A stretch of 64,000 nt of DNA from Myxococcota bacterium (GCA_965228475.1 OZ245817.1:4672001-4736000); one strand, 5' to 3'; shown: positions 1 to 10,296, counted from the stretch's first letter. Notes: generated by a model not told the origin, from the letters alone. A program made the numbers and translations.

Positions 1-348
<348 letters not shown>

Positions 349-370
349 TTACTGGATGGAACGGGGCCCG

Positions 371-1804
371 TCAGCCCTCGGCGCCCTCGCCGAGCACCTC
401 GAGATAGGACTCCCGGATCGCCCGGATCTCCTCGTCGAGGTCCTCCCGCTTCCAGCCCGCGGTCTCGACCGGCGGGAGCACGACCGCCTCCACGGTGGCC
501 GGCCGCACCACCACGGCGTTGCGCGGCAAGGCATCGAGGACGTTGCGGAAAACCACGGGCACGATGGGCACGCCCGCCTGCATGGCGATGTGGAAGGCGC
601 CCTTCTTGAAGGCCCCGAGCCGCGGCGTCAGCGAGCGGGTCCCCTCGGGAGCGATCATCAGGGAGCGGCCCTCCCGCAGGGCCTGGACCGCGGGCTTGAG
701 GCCTTCGATGGCCTTCGCGCGATCGGCCCGGTCGATGAAGACCGCGCCGGCCGCGGTGAAGATCGGGCCGAAGATCGGATTTCGCTGCAGCTCCTTCTTC
801 CCGACGCCGGTGAGGTCGCGCCGGAGGAGCTTCGCCATCAGGATCGGGTCGAGCCCGCTCTGGTGGTTGAAGATGAACACCGCCGGCCGGTCCGACCAGA
901 GGTTTTCCTCCCCCTCCACGCGCAGGTCGATCCCGGAGAGCGACGTCGCGAGGTCGCCCCAGAGCGACGCGAACATGTTGATGGCCTCGCGCTGGGAGCG
1001 GTTCACGATGCCGGCGGCGGCGCCGGCCCACAGCGAGGGGACGACGCTCCCGTAGGCCAGGCCGGTCCGCACGAGATCGCCGAGCCCCGGAGTGCCGCGG
1101 CTGTGGAAGCGCCGCACCGGCCAGTGGCGCTCCTTGGCGATCTGGGCGAGCCGCCCGTTCGGGTTCAACGGCCGCGGGCGGCCCACGATGTTCAGGAGCG
1201 GCAGATCCTCGTCGCTGTCGGTGTAGAAGAAGCTCTCGCGCAGGTCGAGATCGCTGCGCGCGGCGAGACCGATCGCCGCGTGGGCCTTGCCCTCGCCGTA
1301 GCAGGTCGGGTGGACGACGCGGCCCGTGAAGATCCCCTTCTCGGTTTCGAGCTCCGTGCACAGCACGTGCTCGATGCCGAACTCGCGGGCCAGGGGCTCG
1401 GCCTGATAGCGCGTCGCCGAAGAGATGATCGCCAGGGTGTGCCCCATCTCCTGGTGCGCACGGACGATGGCGCGGGATTCCGGGTAGATCTCCGTCGCCA
1501 GGTGCTTCTCGTAGATCTGCTCGCCGATCTCCTCGAGGGCGGACTCCGCGAGGCCCCGGTAGGCCGTGGTCGTCGCGCCGACGAAGGCGGAGAAGCCCGT
1601 CTGTCCCACCGCGAAGCCGAGGGCGGCGGCGAGGGTCTCCGCCATCTCGCGCGGGCCCATCTGTCCGGAGGTAAGGCGCTCCCGGAAGAACGCCGTGGCC
1701 GAGAACCCGGAGAAGAGCGTGCGGTCGAGGTCGAAGAACGCGCCGACCTTCGGCCCCGAAGGGCCGCTGCGGATCTCCCGGGTGAGCTTCGCGTGGAGGG
1801 CCAT
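371..1804 (-). CDS. HAD-IB hydrolase / lysophospholipid acyltransferase fusion
   Basis: HAD motif FFDLDRT and YTDSDEDLPLL, then acyltransferase motifs NHQSGLD and APEGTRS. Start moved to MALHAKL. Confidence 0.88.
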   Translation of the reverse strand: MALHAKLTREIRSGPSGPKVGAFFDLDRTLFSGFSATAFFRERLTSGQMGPREMAETLAAALGFAVGQTGFSAFVGATTTAYRGLAESALEEIGEQIYEKHLATEIYPESRAIVRAHQEMGHTLAIISSATRYQAEPLAREFGIEHVLCTELETEKGIFTGRVVHPTCYGEGKAHAAIGLAARSDLDLRESFFYTDSDEDLPLLNIVGRPRPLNPNGRLAQIAKERHWPVRRFHSRGTPGLGDLVRTGLAYGSVVPSLWAGAAAGIVNRSQREAINMFASLWGDLATSLSGIDLRVEGEENLWSDRPAVFIFNHQSGLDPILMAKLLRRDLTGVGKKELQRNPIFGPIFTAAGAVFIDRADRAKAIEGLKPAVQALREGRSLMIAPEGTRSLTPRLGAFKKGAFHIAMQAGVPIVPVVFRNVLDALPRNAVVVRPATVEAVVLPPVETAGWKREDLDEEIRAIRESYLEVLGEGAEG

Positions 1805-1907
1805 GCGGCATCCTCCCACGCGCGGCCCACGCGGACAAGGGGACGGGCCCCGGGCCGAGGCGAGCGCCTGGGGCACGCTCTGGGCCCTGGGGCGTTGCAG
1901 CGCCGGC

Positions 1908-2138
1908 CTAGCGGACCCGGCAGTGGAAGTGGCCGCGATGCTTCCAGCACTTGCGCTTCGGCTTCGGCACGTCCACCACCACGATGGTCTTGTCGTGGTG
2001 CTCGTTGTCGAGGACGACCACGGACTTCGCCGGCGCGTGGTGGTGGTGATGCACACGGCGTGCACAGCCGCTGCCGAGGGTCGCCAGCGCGAGGCCGGCC
2101 AGGACGAGAATGAAGCTCTTTCGGCGGATGCCGCTCAT
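1908..2138 (-). CDS. Small His-rich putative lipoprotein
   Basis: AAGGAG RBS before MSGIRRK; lipobox-like LGSGC; mature part RRVHHHHH...NEHH...CWKHRGHFHC. Confidence 0.7.
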   Translation of the reverse strand: MSGIRRKSFILVLAGLALATLGSGCARRVHHHHHAPAKSVVVLDNEHHDKTIVVVDVPKPKRKCWKHRGHFHCRVR

Positions 2139-2163
2139 GGGTGTCTCCTTCGGGTTCACGGGG

Positions 2164-2191
2164 TTCAACCCGGGGCCACGCCGAAAGTTCC
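2164..2191 (-). promoter_or_regulatory. Putative ECF sigma promoter for the His-rich lipoprotein gene
   Basis: Minus strand GGAACTTTCGGCGTGGCCCCGGGTTGAA (AAC-N17-GTT); aligns with 4235-4262. Confidence 0.65.
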
Positions 2192-2192
2192 G

Positions 2193-2942
2193 CTAGCGGC
2201 CCTCTCCTTCTTCGAGCTCCTGGCGCAGGGCCTCGCGCTGCTCCGGCGAAAGGGAGCGGAAGATCTCCCATTGGCGGCGGAGCTCTTCCTGCTCCCGCTC
2301 CGACTTCTTGCGCCAGCGCTGGGCATTGCGGCGCAGGGTCTCGCGCTCCCCCTCCGAGCGCTCGCGGTAGTCCCGCAGACGGCCGCGCACCTCTTCGCGC
2401 TCGGATTCGTCGAGGCGGCGCCACTCGGCGAGGTTGCGCACCAGCCCCTGGCGCTCTTCGGGGGAGAGCTCGAGGAGCCGGCGGCGGAGGCGCTTCTTCT
2501 CGGCGGGTTCGAGGTTGCGCAGGTTGCGCCGGAGCTCGCGCTGCTGGCGCGGCGGGAGACTCTCGTAGGTATCGCGGAGCACTCGCTCGTCGCCGCGCCA
2601 GCGCTCGATGGACTCGCGGCGCTCGGCGGGCGTCGCCTGGCGGAAGCGGCGTACGAAGCGGCGGCGCTCCTGGGGCGACATCTGGCGGATCTGCTGCACG
2701 GCCTTGCGACGCTCGTCGGGCGGCAGCGCGCGCAGGTAGCCGCGCAGGGTCTCCTCGTCCGGGTCGAGGCGCTGCGGCGCTCCGCGGCCGGCGCCGTCGC
2801 GCGGGCCGCCGCCCGGATCGCGGACGCCTCCCGACGGGGCGTCGATCGAGCCGTAGCCGGCCGAGTCTTCCGCCTGGGCGAATCCCGGGGCGAGCAGCGC
2901 GCAGGCGCCGATCAGGAGGATCTTTCGCCGCAGGACGTCCAC
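2193..2942 (-). CDS. DUF3106-like exported Arg/Glu-rich helical protein
   Basis: Signal peptide, then repeated LPPxER/LSPEER/WRRLxxxER units; third gene of an ECF-anti-sigma operon; GTG start. Confidence 0.7.
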   Translation of the reverse strand: MDVLRRKILLIGACALLAPGFAQAEDSAGYGSIDAPSGGVRDPGGGPRDGAGRGAPQRLDPDEETLRGYLRALPPDERRKAVQQIRQMSPQERRRFVRRFRQATPAERRESIERWRGDERVLRDTYESLPPRQQRELRRNLRNLEPAEKKRLRRRLLELSPEERQGLVRNLAEWRRLDESEREEVRGRLRDYRERSEGERETLRRNAQRWRKKSEREQEELRRQWEIFRSLSPEQREALRQELEEGEGR

Positions 2943-2944
2943 GT

Positions 2945-3628
2945 CTAGCTCCGCCCCCGGGCCCGGGCGGCCATCGCTTCGAGGAGCTCGAGCTCCTCGA
3001 GGAGTTCGATCTCCTCGAGCACCTCCCAATCCATGGCGACCTCGATCTCCTCGTCGCTGAGCTCGTCGAGGGCGTCGATCGGAAGCTCGGGGTCCGGGCT
3101 CGGCGCTTCTTCGAGCGCGACGCGGGGCGCCTCCTCGACGGGGGTCGGCGCCGCGATGCGGATCTCTTCGGGGGCCTTCGGCGTGGGCTCCGCGATGCGG
3201 ATCTCTTCGGGGGCCTGGGGCGCCTCGGGCGCCGGCGGCCGTTCGGCAATCCGCTCCTCCCCGGGCGGGCGGCCGAGGAAGAGGGCCAGCGCGAGCGCCG
3301 CCGCCAGAGCCGCTGCCGCCAGGGCCGGCGGTGCGAGCGCGCGTCGGCGACGGCGGGGTGCGCGGCTCGAGGCCGGCGGCGAAGCGGCGCGCCCCTCCTC
3401 GGCGATCGACTGCCGCAGCCGCTCGCCGAGACGCTCGGGGACCGGCGGCGAAGCCATCGCCCGGAGCTCCGCGTCGACGGAAGCCAGCGCCTCGAGGCGC
3501 GCGGCGAGCTCCGGGTTGCGCGCGAGCTCGGCGCGGACCTCCTCTTCGCGATCCGGATCGAGCGCACCGTCCAGATACGCCGAGAGGTCCTCTTCGAAGG
3601 TGAGGAAGCGTTCGTCGTCGCGTGCCAC
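2945..3628 (-). CDS. Anti-sigma factor
   Basis: N-terminal LSAYLDGALD anti-sigma helix, one TM segment, acidic tail; directly downstream of the ECF sigma gene. Confidence 0.78.
   Translation of the reverse strand: MARDDERFLTFEEDLSAYLDGALDPDREEEVRAELARNPELAARLEALASVDAELRAMASPPVPERLGERLRQSIAEEGRAASPPASSRAPRRRRRALAPPALAAAALAAALALALFLGRPPGEERIAERPPAPEAPQAPEEIRIAEPTPKAPEEIRIAAPTPVEEAPRVALEEAPSPDPELPIDALDELSDEEIEVAMDWEVLEEIELLEELELLEAMAARARGRS
3152..3216 (-). repeat. Intragenic tandem duplication, 39-bp period (APEEIRIAxPTP twice)
   Basis: CGCGATGCGGATCTCTTCGGGGGCCT occurs twice, near 3152 and 3191. Confidence 0.8.
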
Positions 3629-3647
3629 TACGCCTGCTCCTTCCGGG

Positions 3648-4205
3648 TCATCCCGTCCGCCCTTCGCGCGCGGCCACCAGGGCCGAGCGCGCCCGATGCA
3701 CCAGGGCCTTCACCGACTTCTCCGTCGTCTCGAGCTGGTTCGCGACCTCCGCGTAGGAGAAGCCTTCCACCGCGCTGAGCCAGAGCGCCGCGCGCTGCCG
3801 CTCGGGCAGCGCGGCGAGATCCTGCTCGAGGGCGCTCCCGGCGCGGCGCGCGTCGACCACGTCGTCCGTGCGCGGTTCGTCCGCTGCCAGCTCCACCGGC
3901 TCGCCGCGGTCGTCGACGCTCCCGGTGTGGATGGCCTGGCGCCGCGGCCGGCGCAGCTCGTTGAGCGCCAGGTTCGTCGCGATCCGGTAGAGCCAGGTCG
4001 AGAAGCGCGCCTCGGGCTCGTAGCGCTCGCGCGCCCGATGGACCCGCAGGAAGGCCTCCTGCACCAACTCTTCCGCCGTCCCGCCATCGCGCACCATCCG
4101 TTCCACGTAGCGGAGCAGCGGCCCCGCCCAGCGATGGAAGAGTGCGTCGAAGGCCGCGTCGTCTCCGTTGCGGAACGCCAGCATGAGCCGGACGCTCTCG
4201 TCCAT
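3648..4205 (-). CDS. ECF RNA polymerase sigma factor (RpoE-like)
   Basis: Region 2 AEELVQEAFLRV...FSTWLYRIATN; region 4 LPERQRAAL...SYAEVA...VKALVHRAR. Confidence 0.92.
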   Translation of the reverse strand: MDESVRLMLAFRNGDDAAFDALFHRWAGPLLRYVERMVRDGGTAEELVQEAFLRVHRARERYEPEARFSTWLYRIATNLALNELRRPRRQAIHTGSVDDRGEPVELAADEPRTDDVVDARRAGSALEQDLAALPERQRAALWLSAVEGFSYAEVANQLETTEKSVKALVHRARSALVAAREGRTG

Positions 4206-4234
4206 CGCTACCCCGTCCGTCTCCGCCCGAGAGT

Positions 4235-4262
4235 TCCAACCCGGGGCACCGGAAAAGGTTGC
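4235..4262 (-). promoter_or_regulatory. Putative autoregulatory ECF promoter
   Basis: Minus strand GCAACCTTTTCCGGTGCCCCGGGTTGGA, about 30 nt upstream of the sigma ATG. Confidence 0.65.
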
Positions 4263-4296
4263 GCCTGCGGCCCCCGGAGCCGGAAAGCCTAACGAA

Positions 4297-5124
4297 TCAG
4301 GGGGTTTCGGTTTCCATCTGCGCCAGGAACCGGACCAGGATGCGGTTGACCGCCTCGGCCTGCTCGATGTTCACGATGTGGCCGGCCTCGGGGACGAGGA
4401 CCCGCGTGGCCCCGGGGATCTTGCTCGTCATGACCTCGGTGGCCCGGAGGTAGGGGTCGTCCTCCTCGCCGCACATCACGAGGGTCGGCACGGCGATGCC
4501 CTGGAGCTCGTCGATCACGCCGGGCGCCGGGCCCGAGACGTTGATGCCGAAGCGGCCGAGGGCGATCGGGTCCTGGGCGACGATCGCCGCGCGCGCCGCC
4601 TGGGCCGCGGGCAGCTCCGGATTCCGGCCGATCGCCGTCGGCCCGGCCTTGCCGTCGACGAAGGCCTCGAGGCCGCGGGACTCGAGGTAGAAGGCGGTGC
4701 GTTCGACCTGGGCCGCCCAGCGCGCCTGGGCGTCCGGGTTCTTGAAGCCCGGGCCCGAATCCATGAGCACGAGGCCCTGCACACGCTCCGGGTCGCGGAA
4801 GTAGTAGTGGAGCGAAACGAGGCCTCCGAGGGAGAGCCCCGCGAGCACGACCTGCTGGTCGGGTGCGGCCCAGTCGAGCACGCAGGCGAGGTCGTTCAGC
4901 ACGAGATCCATCGAGTAGGCACCGTCCTCGGCGGGGGCCTCGCTCTTCCCGTGGCCGCGGTAGTCCCACAGGACGACGCGCGCGCCGTGGGAGACGAGCT
5001 CTTCCACCTGGGGGCGGAAGTTCTCGTGGGTCGTGCAGAAGGCACAGGTGAAGACGATGGGCGTGCCCTCCCCGTGCGCCTCGACGTAGAGGCGGACCCC
5101 GCCGGCGCCTTCGATCTCGGCCAT
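4297..5124 (-). CDS. Alpha/beta fold hydrolase
   Basis: DYRGHGKS, nucleophile elbow GLSLGG, GEEDD, AGHIVN. Confidence 0.88.
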   Translation of the reverse strand: MAEIEGAGGVRLYVEAHGEGTPIVFTCAFCTTHENFRPQVEELVSHGARVVLWDYRGHGKSEAPAEDGAYSMDLVLNDLACVLDWAAPDQQVVLAGLSLGGLVSLHYYFRDPERVQGLVLMDSGPGFKNPDAQARWAAQVERTAFYLESRGLEAFVDGKAGPTAIGRNPELPAAQAARAAIVAQDPIALGRFGINVSGPAPGVIDELQGIAVPTLVMCGEEDDPYLRATEVMTSKIPGATRVLVPEAGHIVNIEQAEAVNRILVRFLAQMETETP

Positions 5125-5155
5125 CAGTTCGCCTCTTTCGAGTTTGGGTTCGCGT

Positions 5156-5581
5156 TCATCCGTCGGCTTCGATCTTCTCGCGCAGCGCGGTGGCCATCTG
5201 CTCCATCTGCTCCTTCATCGGCGAGCGGATGGTGAACTCGGGAACGAGGCCCTTCGTGCTGCCTTCCATCTCGATGACGACGGTACAGCCCGAGCCGTTC
5301 TCGTCGAACTCGACCTCGCCGGTCAGTTCCTTCCAGATGTTTCCGTCGCAGACCTTCTCGAAGCGGATGCTGCCGTCCATCAGATAGTCGAAGTGGAAGG
5401 TAGCAACGCCCTCCTGTCCGAGTGCCGTGTAGTGGATGCGGGCCGTCGTGCGGTCGCCCTGCCTCTCGACGATCTCGACCTTCGCCTCCGGGAAGAGCGC
5501 GTGGAGCGTTTCTTCGCTCGCGGCGACCTCCACGACGTGGTCGCGGTCCCGGGCGACGTCGAAGCTCTTGTCCATCCTCAT
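5156..5581 (-). CDS. SRPBCC/START-like lipid-binding protein
   Basis: 141 aa with beta-strand pattern and C-terminal amphipathic helix; GAGGAGG RBS. Confidence 0.55.
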   Translation of the reverse strand: MRMDKSFDVARDRDHVVEVAASEETLHALFPEAKVEIVERQGDRTTARIHYTALGQEGVATFHFDYLMDGSIRFEKVCDGNIWKELTGEVEFDENGSGCTVVIEMEGSTKGLVPEFTIRSPMKEQMEQMATALREKIEADG

Positions 5582-5621
5582 GGGAACCTCCTCGGGGATG
5601 CTCGCGCATCCCGTCCGGTTT

Positions 5622-7331
5622 CTATCGTATCTCGATGGCGATCGGGGGCAGCCAGGCCGGCGCTCCGAGCGGCAGGTCCGCGAGCCAGTCGGTCGCGGCG
5701 GCCAGCGGGCCCGGGAGCGGCACCCGGGAAAGCGAGAACGCGCGCGCGCCGCCGAGGGCCTGCTGGAGCTGGGTCGCGAGGGAAGCGGGCGCCGGGTAGA
5801 CGACCAGCTCGACGTCGGTGTCCGGTTCGAGGCCGGTCCGCGCCTTGGCCGCGAGCACGGCCTCGCGCAGTCCGCCCAGCTCGTCGACGAGCCCGCGATC
5901 CCGGGCCTGCCGCCCCGTCCAGACGCGGCCGCGCGCGACGGTGTCGACCTCGGCCTCGGACAGGCCGCGCCCCTCGGCCACGCGTTCGACGAACTGCGTG
6001 TAGGCGACGCGGATCTCGTCGAGGAAGCGCTCGCGCGTCTCGCCCTCCATCGGGCGAAGCATCGCGAGCAGGTCGGCGTTCTCGCCGCGCAGCAGCGTCT
6101 CGTGACCGATCTCGAGCTTGTCGAGCACGCCGCCGAAGGAGGGCCGGACGAGGAAGACGCCGATCGACCCCGTGTAGGTCCCCGGGTGCGCGACGACGTG
6201 GTCCGTCGCGGCGGCGACGTAGTACGCGGCCGAAGCGGCGAGGTCGCTCATGGACGCGATGACCGGCTTCTTCTCCCGCGCGCGTCGGACGGCGCGCCAC
6301 ATCTGCTCCGCCGCGGGGCCCGAGCCGCCCGGGCTGTCGAGCCGGAGCAGGATCGCGGCGATCGAGTCGTCCTCCGCCGCCTGCTCGATGGCCTCGACGG
6401 CGGTGTCGGAGGCGAACGTCGGGCCGCTCCCCGTCGCCTCGCCCTGGACGACGTTCCCGGCGCCGAAGATCAGCGCGAAGGTCGCCTCCGGTTCGAAGCC
6501 GACGGCGCCCGCCGGCACCGCGGCGTACTCGGCGCCCTCGATCAACGGCGGATCACCGAGACTCTCGAAGACCTCGTCCCAATGGGCGATGCGATCGACG
6601 AGCTTGCGCTCGAGCGCCCCCACGGCGGAAAGCGGGACCGCATCCACGGCCGCGCGCAGCTCGGCCTCGCCGAGGCCCCGGCCTTCGCCGACCGCCGCGA
6701 GGAACTGCACTTCGAGATCGTCGAGCAGGGAGTTCGCCATCTCGCGGTTGGCCGGAGACATCTTGCGCCCGCCGATCGTCTCGACGGCGCCCTTGTACTC
6801 GCCGACCCCGAGCACGTCGAGTTCGACGCCGACGCTCTCCCAGAAGCCGCCGAGGAAGACGTACTCCGCGCGCAGGCCGGAGAGCGGGGCCGGGACGCCC
6901 GTCGCCAGCACGATCTCGTCGCAGGCGCTCGCCACGTAGTACTCGAGGTTCGCGCCGTAGGTCTGGACCTCGAGATAGGCGATGGTCTTCTTCCCGGCCT
7001 CGCCAAGCCGCGCGATGGCCCGCCGCAGCTCCTGGGCCTTGCCCCAGCCGATCTCGCTGTTGCGCACGCGCAGCACCACGGTGGCGATCCGCTCGTCTCG
7101 CTCGGCCTTCGCGAACTGCGAGAGGAGCCCCGGGAAGCTCGGCGGGGCGCCGAAGACCATGCCCCCGAGGCGCGAGAGCACGCCGGCGTCGCCGGATTCG
7201 ACGTAGGCCCCTTCGATGCGGAGGGCGAGGGCGCTGCCGGGTTCGACGCCGGGCCCGCGGCTCCCGACCCAGAAGACCGCCAGGATCAGCAGCAGGACGA
7301 CGACCCCGACCACGATGCGCACGCGACGCAT
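5622..7331 (-). CDS. sppA: Signal peptide peptidase SppA (protease IV)
   Basis: N-terminal TM, two S49 domains, [39 protein letters not shown]. Confidence 0.92.
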   Translation of the reverse strand: MRRVRIVVGVVVLLLILAVFWVGSRGPGVEPGSALALRIEGAYVESGDAGVLSRLGGMVFGAPPSFPGLLSQFAKAERDERIATVVLRVRNSEIGWGKAQELRRAIARLGEAGKKTIAYLEVQTYGANLEYYVASACDEIVLATGVPAPLSGLRAEYVFLGGFWESVGVELDVLGVGEYKGAVETIGGRKMSPANREMANSLLDDLEVQFLAAVGEGRGLGEAELRAAVDAVPLSAVGALERKLVDRIAHWDEVFESLGDPPLIEGAEYAAVPAGAVGFEPEATFALIFGAGNVVQGEATGSGPTFASDTAVEAIEQAAEDDSIAAILLRLDSPGGSGPAAEQMWRAVRRAREKKPVIASMSDLAASAAYYVAAATDHVVAHPGTYTGSIGVFLVRPSFGGVLDKLEIGHETLLRGENADLLAMLRPMEGETRERFLDEIRVAYTQFVERVAEGRGLSEAEVDTVARGRVWTGRQARDRGLVDELGGLREAVLAAKARTGLEPDTDVELVVYPAPASLATQLQQALGGARAFSLSRVPLPGPLAAATDWLADLPLGAPAWLPPIAIEIR

Positions 7332-7426
7332 GTTGACTTCCTCCCCGTTCTTCCCGTCCGTTCTTCTCGTCCGGAGTCCGCCACGAGGGGCCCGACTCTC
7401 CGGATGGGTAAGCTATCCTCGCCCCG

Positions 7427-9025
7427 ATGGCCAAGGACGTCTACGTCGCCGGCGTCGGACTCACCAAGGTCGATCTCACCGGCAACATCTTCGCCAGCGT
7501 GTTCGACCTCTTCGCCGAAGCCTATCGCCGGGCCCTGGTGGACTGCCCCGTGCGGTCCTTCGACGCCGTCCAGGTCGGCATCATGGACTCCGAGGAGTTC
7601 GAAAACCGCGCGAACATCGCCACCAAGGTCGCCGACGTGCTCGGCCTGAAGGGCGTGCCCGCCGTTCGCAGCGAGACCGCCTCCTCGACCGGCGCCGCCG
7701 CGTTCCACGAGGCCTACTACAAGGTGGCGTCGGGACAGTTCGACTCGGTCCTGGTGCTCGCGGGCGAGCGCATGAAAACCGTCACGACCGAGGTCGCCAC
7801 GGCCATCATGTCGAAGACGGTCGCGCCGGTGGAGCGGCGCTTCGGCTTCACCATGCCCGCGCTGATCGCCCTGGTGACCCAGGCCTGGTGCCGGGAGCAC
7901 AAGATCCGCGACGCCGCCGTCTCCGATCTGCTCTCCCGGCTCATGACGCGCGCCCACACGTTCGGGTCCGAGAACCCGCTCGCCGCCTTCCACGGGCGCA
8001 GCGAGCCCCTCGAGAACTACTTCGACGCCGAGCGGAACCTCCCCGTGGCGACGCCGCTCACGCGCAAGGACTGCTCGCCGATCTGCGACGGCGCCGCGGC
8101 GCTCATCCTCACCTCGAAGCCCCAGCCCGTGCGCGTAGCCGGGCTCGGCTCGGCCACCGAGACGAGCTCCATGCTCGACCGCGAACGCCTCTCGGGCCTC
8201 GACGCCACCAGGCGCGCGGCGGAGATCGCCTACTGGCGCGCGGGGATCGCGGACCCGCGCAAGATCGAGGGCCTCGTCGTCGAGTGTCACGATGCGTTCA
8301 ACAGCCTGCTGCCGGTGAACCTCGGCGACCTCGGCCTCTTCGAGCCCGGAGAGGCGGCCGAGGCCCTGGTCGGCCCGCTGAAGAAGCCGATGGGCGACCC
8401 GTACGAGAACCCCGTGACCGGCGTGCGCGGCCGCATCCCGACCAACCTCTCGGGCGGCCTGAAGGCTCGCGGGCACCCCGTCGGCGGGACGGGCCTCTTC
8501 CAGATCGCGGAGACCTACCTCCAGATCACCGAACGCTTCCCGAACCCGAGGGCCCAGGTGGAGGGCGCGCGGGTCGGGCTGGCGCACTCCATCGGCGGAC
8601 CGGGCAACAACGTCTACGTCACGCTGCTCGAGCGCTCGGACAACGACCGCGCGCGGGAGGCGCCGCCGAAGCCGCGGCTCCACTTCGCCTCGCCGGACCG
8701 CAAGCCGGGTTTCGGCGAGTCGGAGAGCGCCGACGACGTGCGCGCCACGGTCGAGGCCTTCACCACGATCCACGTGACCTCGGGTGCGTCGAAGGAGCCG
8801 ATCCACGTCGCCCTGATCCAGCTCGGGGATCAGCGCGTGTTCGCGAAGCTCGACCACGAGCCGCGCGAAGGCGAGACGACCGAGGCCATCCTCCACGGGC
8901 AGCGCGTCCGGCTGCTCGTGAAGGACGACGGCGACCAGTACTTCCAAATCCCGCGCGGCCGAAGCCTCGGCCTCGGCGGCGTCATCGAACGCGTCCGCCG
9001 CCGGGTCGTCGGCGAACCCGACTGA
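7427..9025 (+). CDS. SCP-x-type thiolase-family protein with C-terminal OB-fold-like extension
   Basis: DCSPICDGAAA, ECHDAF, NLSGGLKARGHPVGGTG; C-terminal ATVEAFTTIH...IHVALIQL...VFAKL resembles a DUF35 OB fold. Confidence 0.8.
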   Translation: MAKDVYVAGVGLTKVDLTGNIFASVFDLFAEAYRRALVDCPVRSFDAVQVGIMDSEEFENRANIATKVADVLGLKGVPAVRSETASSTGAAAFHEAYYKVASGQFDSVLVLAGERMKTVTTEVATAIMSKTVAPVERRFGFTMPALIALVTQAWCREHKIRDAAVSDLLSRLMTRAHTFGSENPLAAFHGRSEPLENYFDAERNLPVATPLTRKDCSPICDGAAALILTSKPQPVRVAGLGSATETSSMLDRERLSGLDATRRAAEIAYWRAGIADPRKIEGLVVECHDAFNSLLPVNLGDLGLFEPGEAAEALVGPLKKPMGDPYENPVTGVRGRIPTNLSGGLKARGHPVGGTGLFQIAETYLQITERFPNPRAQVEGARVGLAHSIGGPGNNVYVTLLERSDNDRAREAPPKPRLHFASPDRKPGFGESESADDVRATVEAFTTIHVTSGASKEPIHVALIQLGDQRVFAKLDHEPREGETTEAILHGQRVRLLVKDDGDQYFQIPRGRSLGLGGVIERVRRRVVGEPD

Positions 9026-9045
9026 CCAGCGAGTAGCCCGCCCGC

Positions 9046-10149
9046 CTAGAAGACGATCACGCCCCGGGCGTTCAGGCCTTCCTTCAGGTCCTCGAAGGCC
9101 TGGGGAGCGTCGTCGACGGAGTAGGTCTTGGTGACCAGCTCGTCGAGCTTCAGCCGGTTGCTGCGGTAGAGGTTCAGCAGGCGCGGGTAGTCGCGGCGCG
9201 GAACGCCAGATCCGAACCAGCTGCCGACGAGCCGCTTCTCGAGCGCCGTCAGCATCGTGGCCGAGATCGGCGCCATGTCCGTCGGACCGGCCACGCCGAC
9301 CACGACCGCCGTGCCGCCCTTGCGCGTCGAGGCGAAGGCCTCGGCCACCACGGGCCCCGCACCGATGCATTCGAAGGCGTAGTCCACGCCGCCACCCGTG
9401 AGTTCCATGATCTTCGCCGGTGCCGCGCCGTCGGTGTTCGGGTTGACGGTGTGGGTGGCGCCGAAGGCCTGGGCCCACTCGAGCTTCTTGTCCACGAGGT
9501 CGACGGCGATGATCTTCTCCGCGCCCGCGATGGCGCAGCCCTGGATCACGTTCAGGCCGATGCCGCCCACGCCGAAGACGGCGCAGGTCGAACCGGGCTC
9601 GACGTCCGCCGTGTTGATCGCCGCGCCGACGCCCGTCAGCACGCCGCAGGAGACGAGGCACGCCTTGTCGAGCGGGAGGTCCGCGTCGATCTTCACGACG
9701 CTGTTGCGCACCACCGTCGTGTACTCGGCCATGCAGCCGCAGCCCGAGAAGATGTTCAGCGCATTGCCGCCGCCGTCCTGGACCCGCGTCGTGCCGTCGG
9801 GCAGGGAGAAGTAGACCTTCGCGTGGTCGTCGCAGAGCTGCCCCTCGCCGCCCGCGCAGAAGCGGCAGCAGCCGCACTGCGGGATGAAGGACATCAGCAC
9901 GTGGTCGCCGACCTGGAGATCCGTCACGCCCTCGCCGACTTCCTCGACGACGCCCGCCCCCTCGTGGCCGAGCACGAGCGGCGGAGGCAGGGGCATCTTC
10001 CCGGAGACGGCGGCCGCATCGCTCGCGCACACGCCGCAGGCCTTGATGTGGACCATCACCTCGCCGGGGCCGGGCGATGCGACGGTGACTTCTTCGACGG
10101 ATACGGTGCCGTGCTCGCGGACGAGGACGGCCTTGCCGGTCTTGGCCAT
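9046..10149 (-). CDS. Zn-dependent alcohol dehydrogenase
   Basis: GVCASD, GHEGAG, CGCCRFC...C structural Zn site, GVGGIG. Confidence 0.92.
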   Translation of the reverse strand: MAKTGKAVLVREHGTVSVEEVTVASPGPGEVMVHIKACGVCASDAAAVSGKMPLPPPLVLGHEGAGVVEEVGEGVTDLQVGDHVLMSFIPQCGCCRFCAGGEGQLCDDHAKVYFSLPDGTTRVQDGGGNALNIFSGCGCMAEYTTVVRNSVVKIDADLPLDKACLVSCGVLTGVGAAINTADVEPGSTCAVFGVGGIGLNVIQGCAIAGAEKIIAVDLVDKKLEWAQAFGATHTVNPNTDGAAPAKIMELTGGGVDYAFECIGAGPVVAEAFASTRKGGTAVVVGVAGPTDMAPISATMLTALEKRLVGSWFGSGVPRRDYPRLLNLYRSNRLKLDELVTKTYSVDDAPQAFEDLKEGLNARGVIVF

Positions 10150-10226
10150 GGGGGAATCTCCTTCGGGTGGCGCGCAGCGGCTCCGAAAGGGCGATTCCGG
10201 CCGCGCGAGGCCAGTCTACGGCAACT

Positions 10227-10279
10227 GATTTCCGAATCAAAACCCGGATTCCCGAGCCAAAACCCGTTTCGCCTACAAT
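10227..10279 (+). promoter_or_regulatory. 20-bp imperfect tandem repeat plus TACAAT -10 box
   Basis: GATTTCCGAATCAAAACCCG then GATTCCCGAGCCAAAACCCG (17/20 identical); TACAAT at 10274-10279. Confidence 0.55.
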
Positions 10280-10296
10280 GACGGCCTGGAGGCACC

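Noticed and set aside
3152..3216. Direct repeat with a short spacer, superficially CRISPR-like
   Set aside because: Two copies inside a coding Pro-rich linker; no cas genes.
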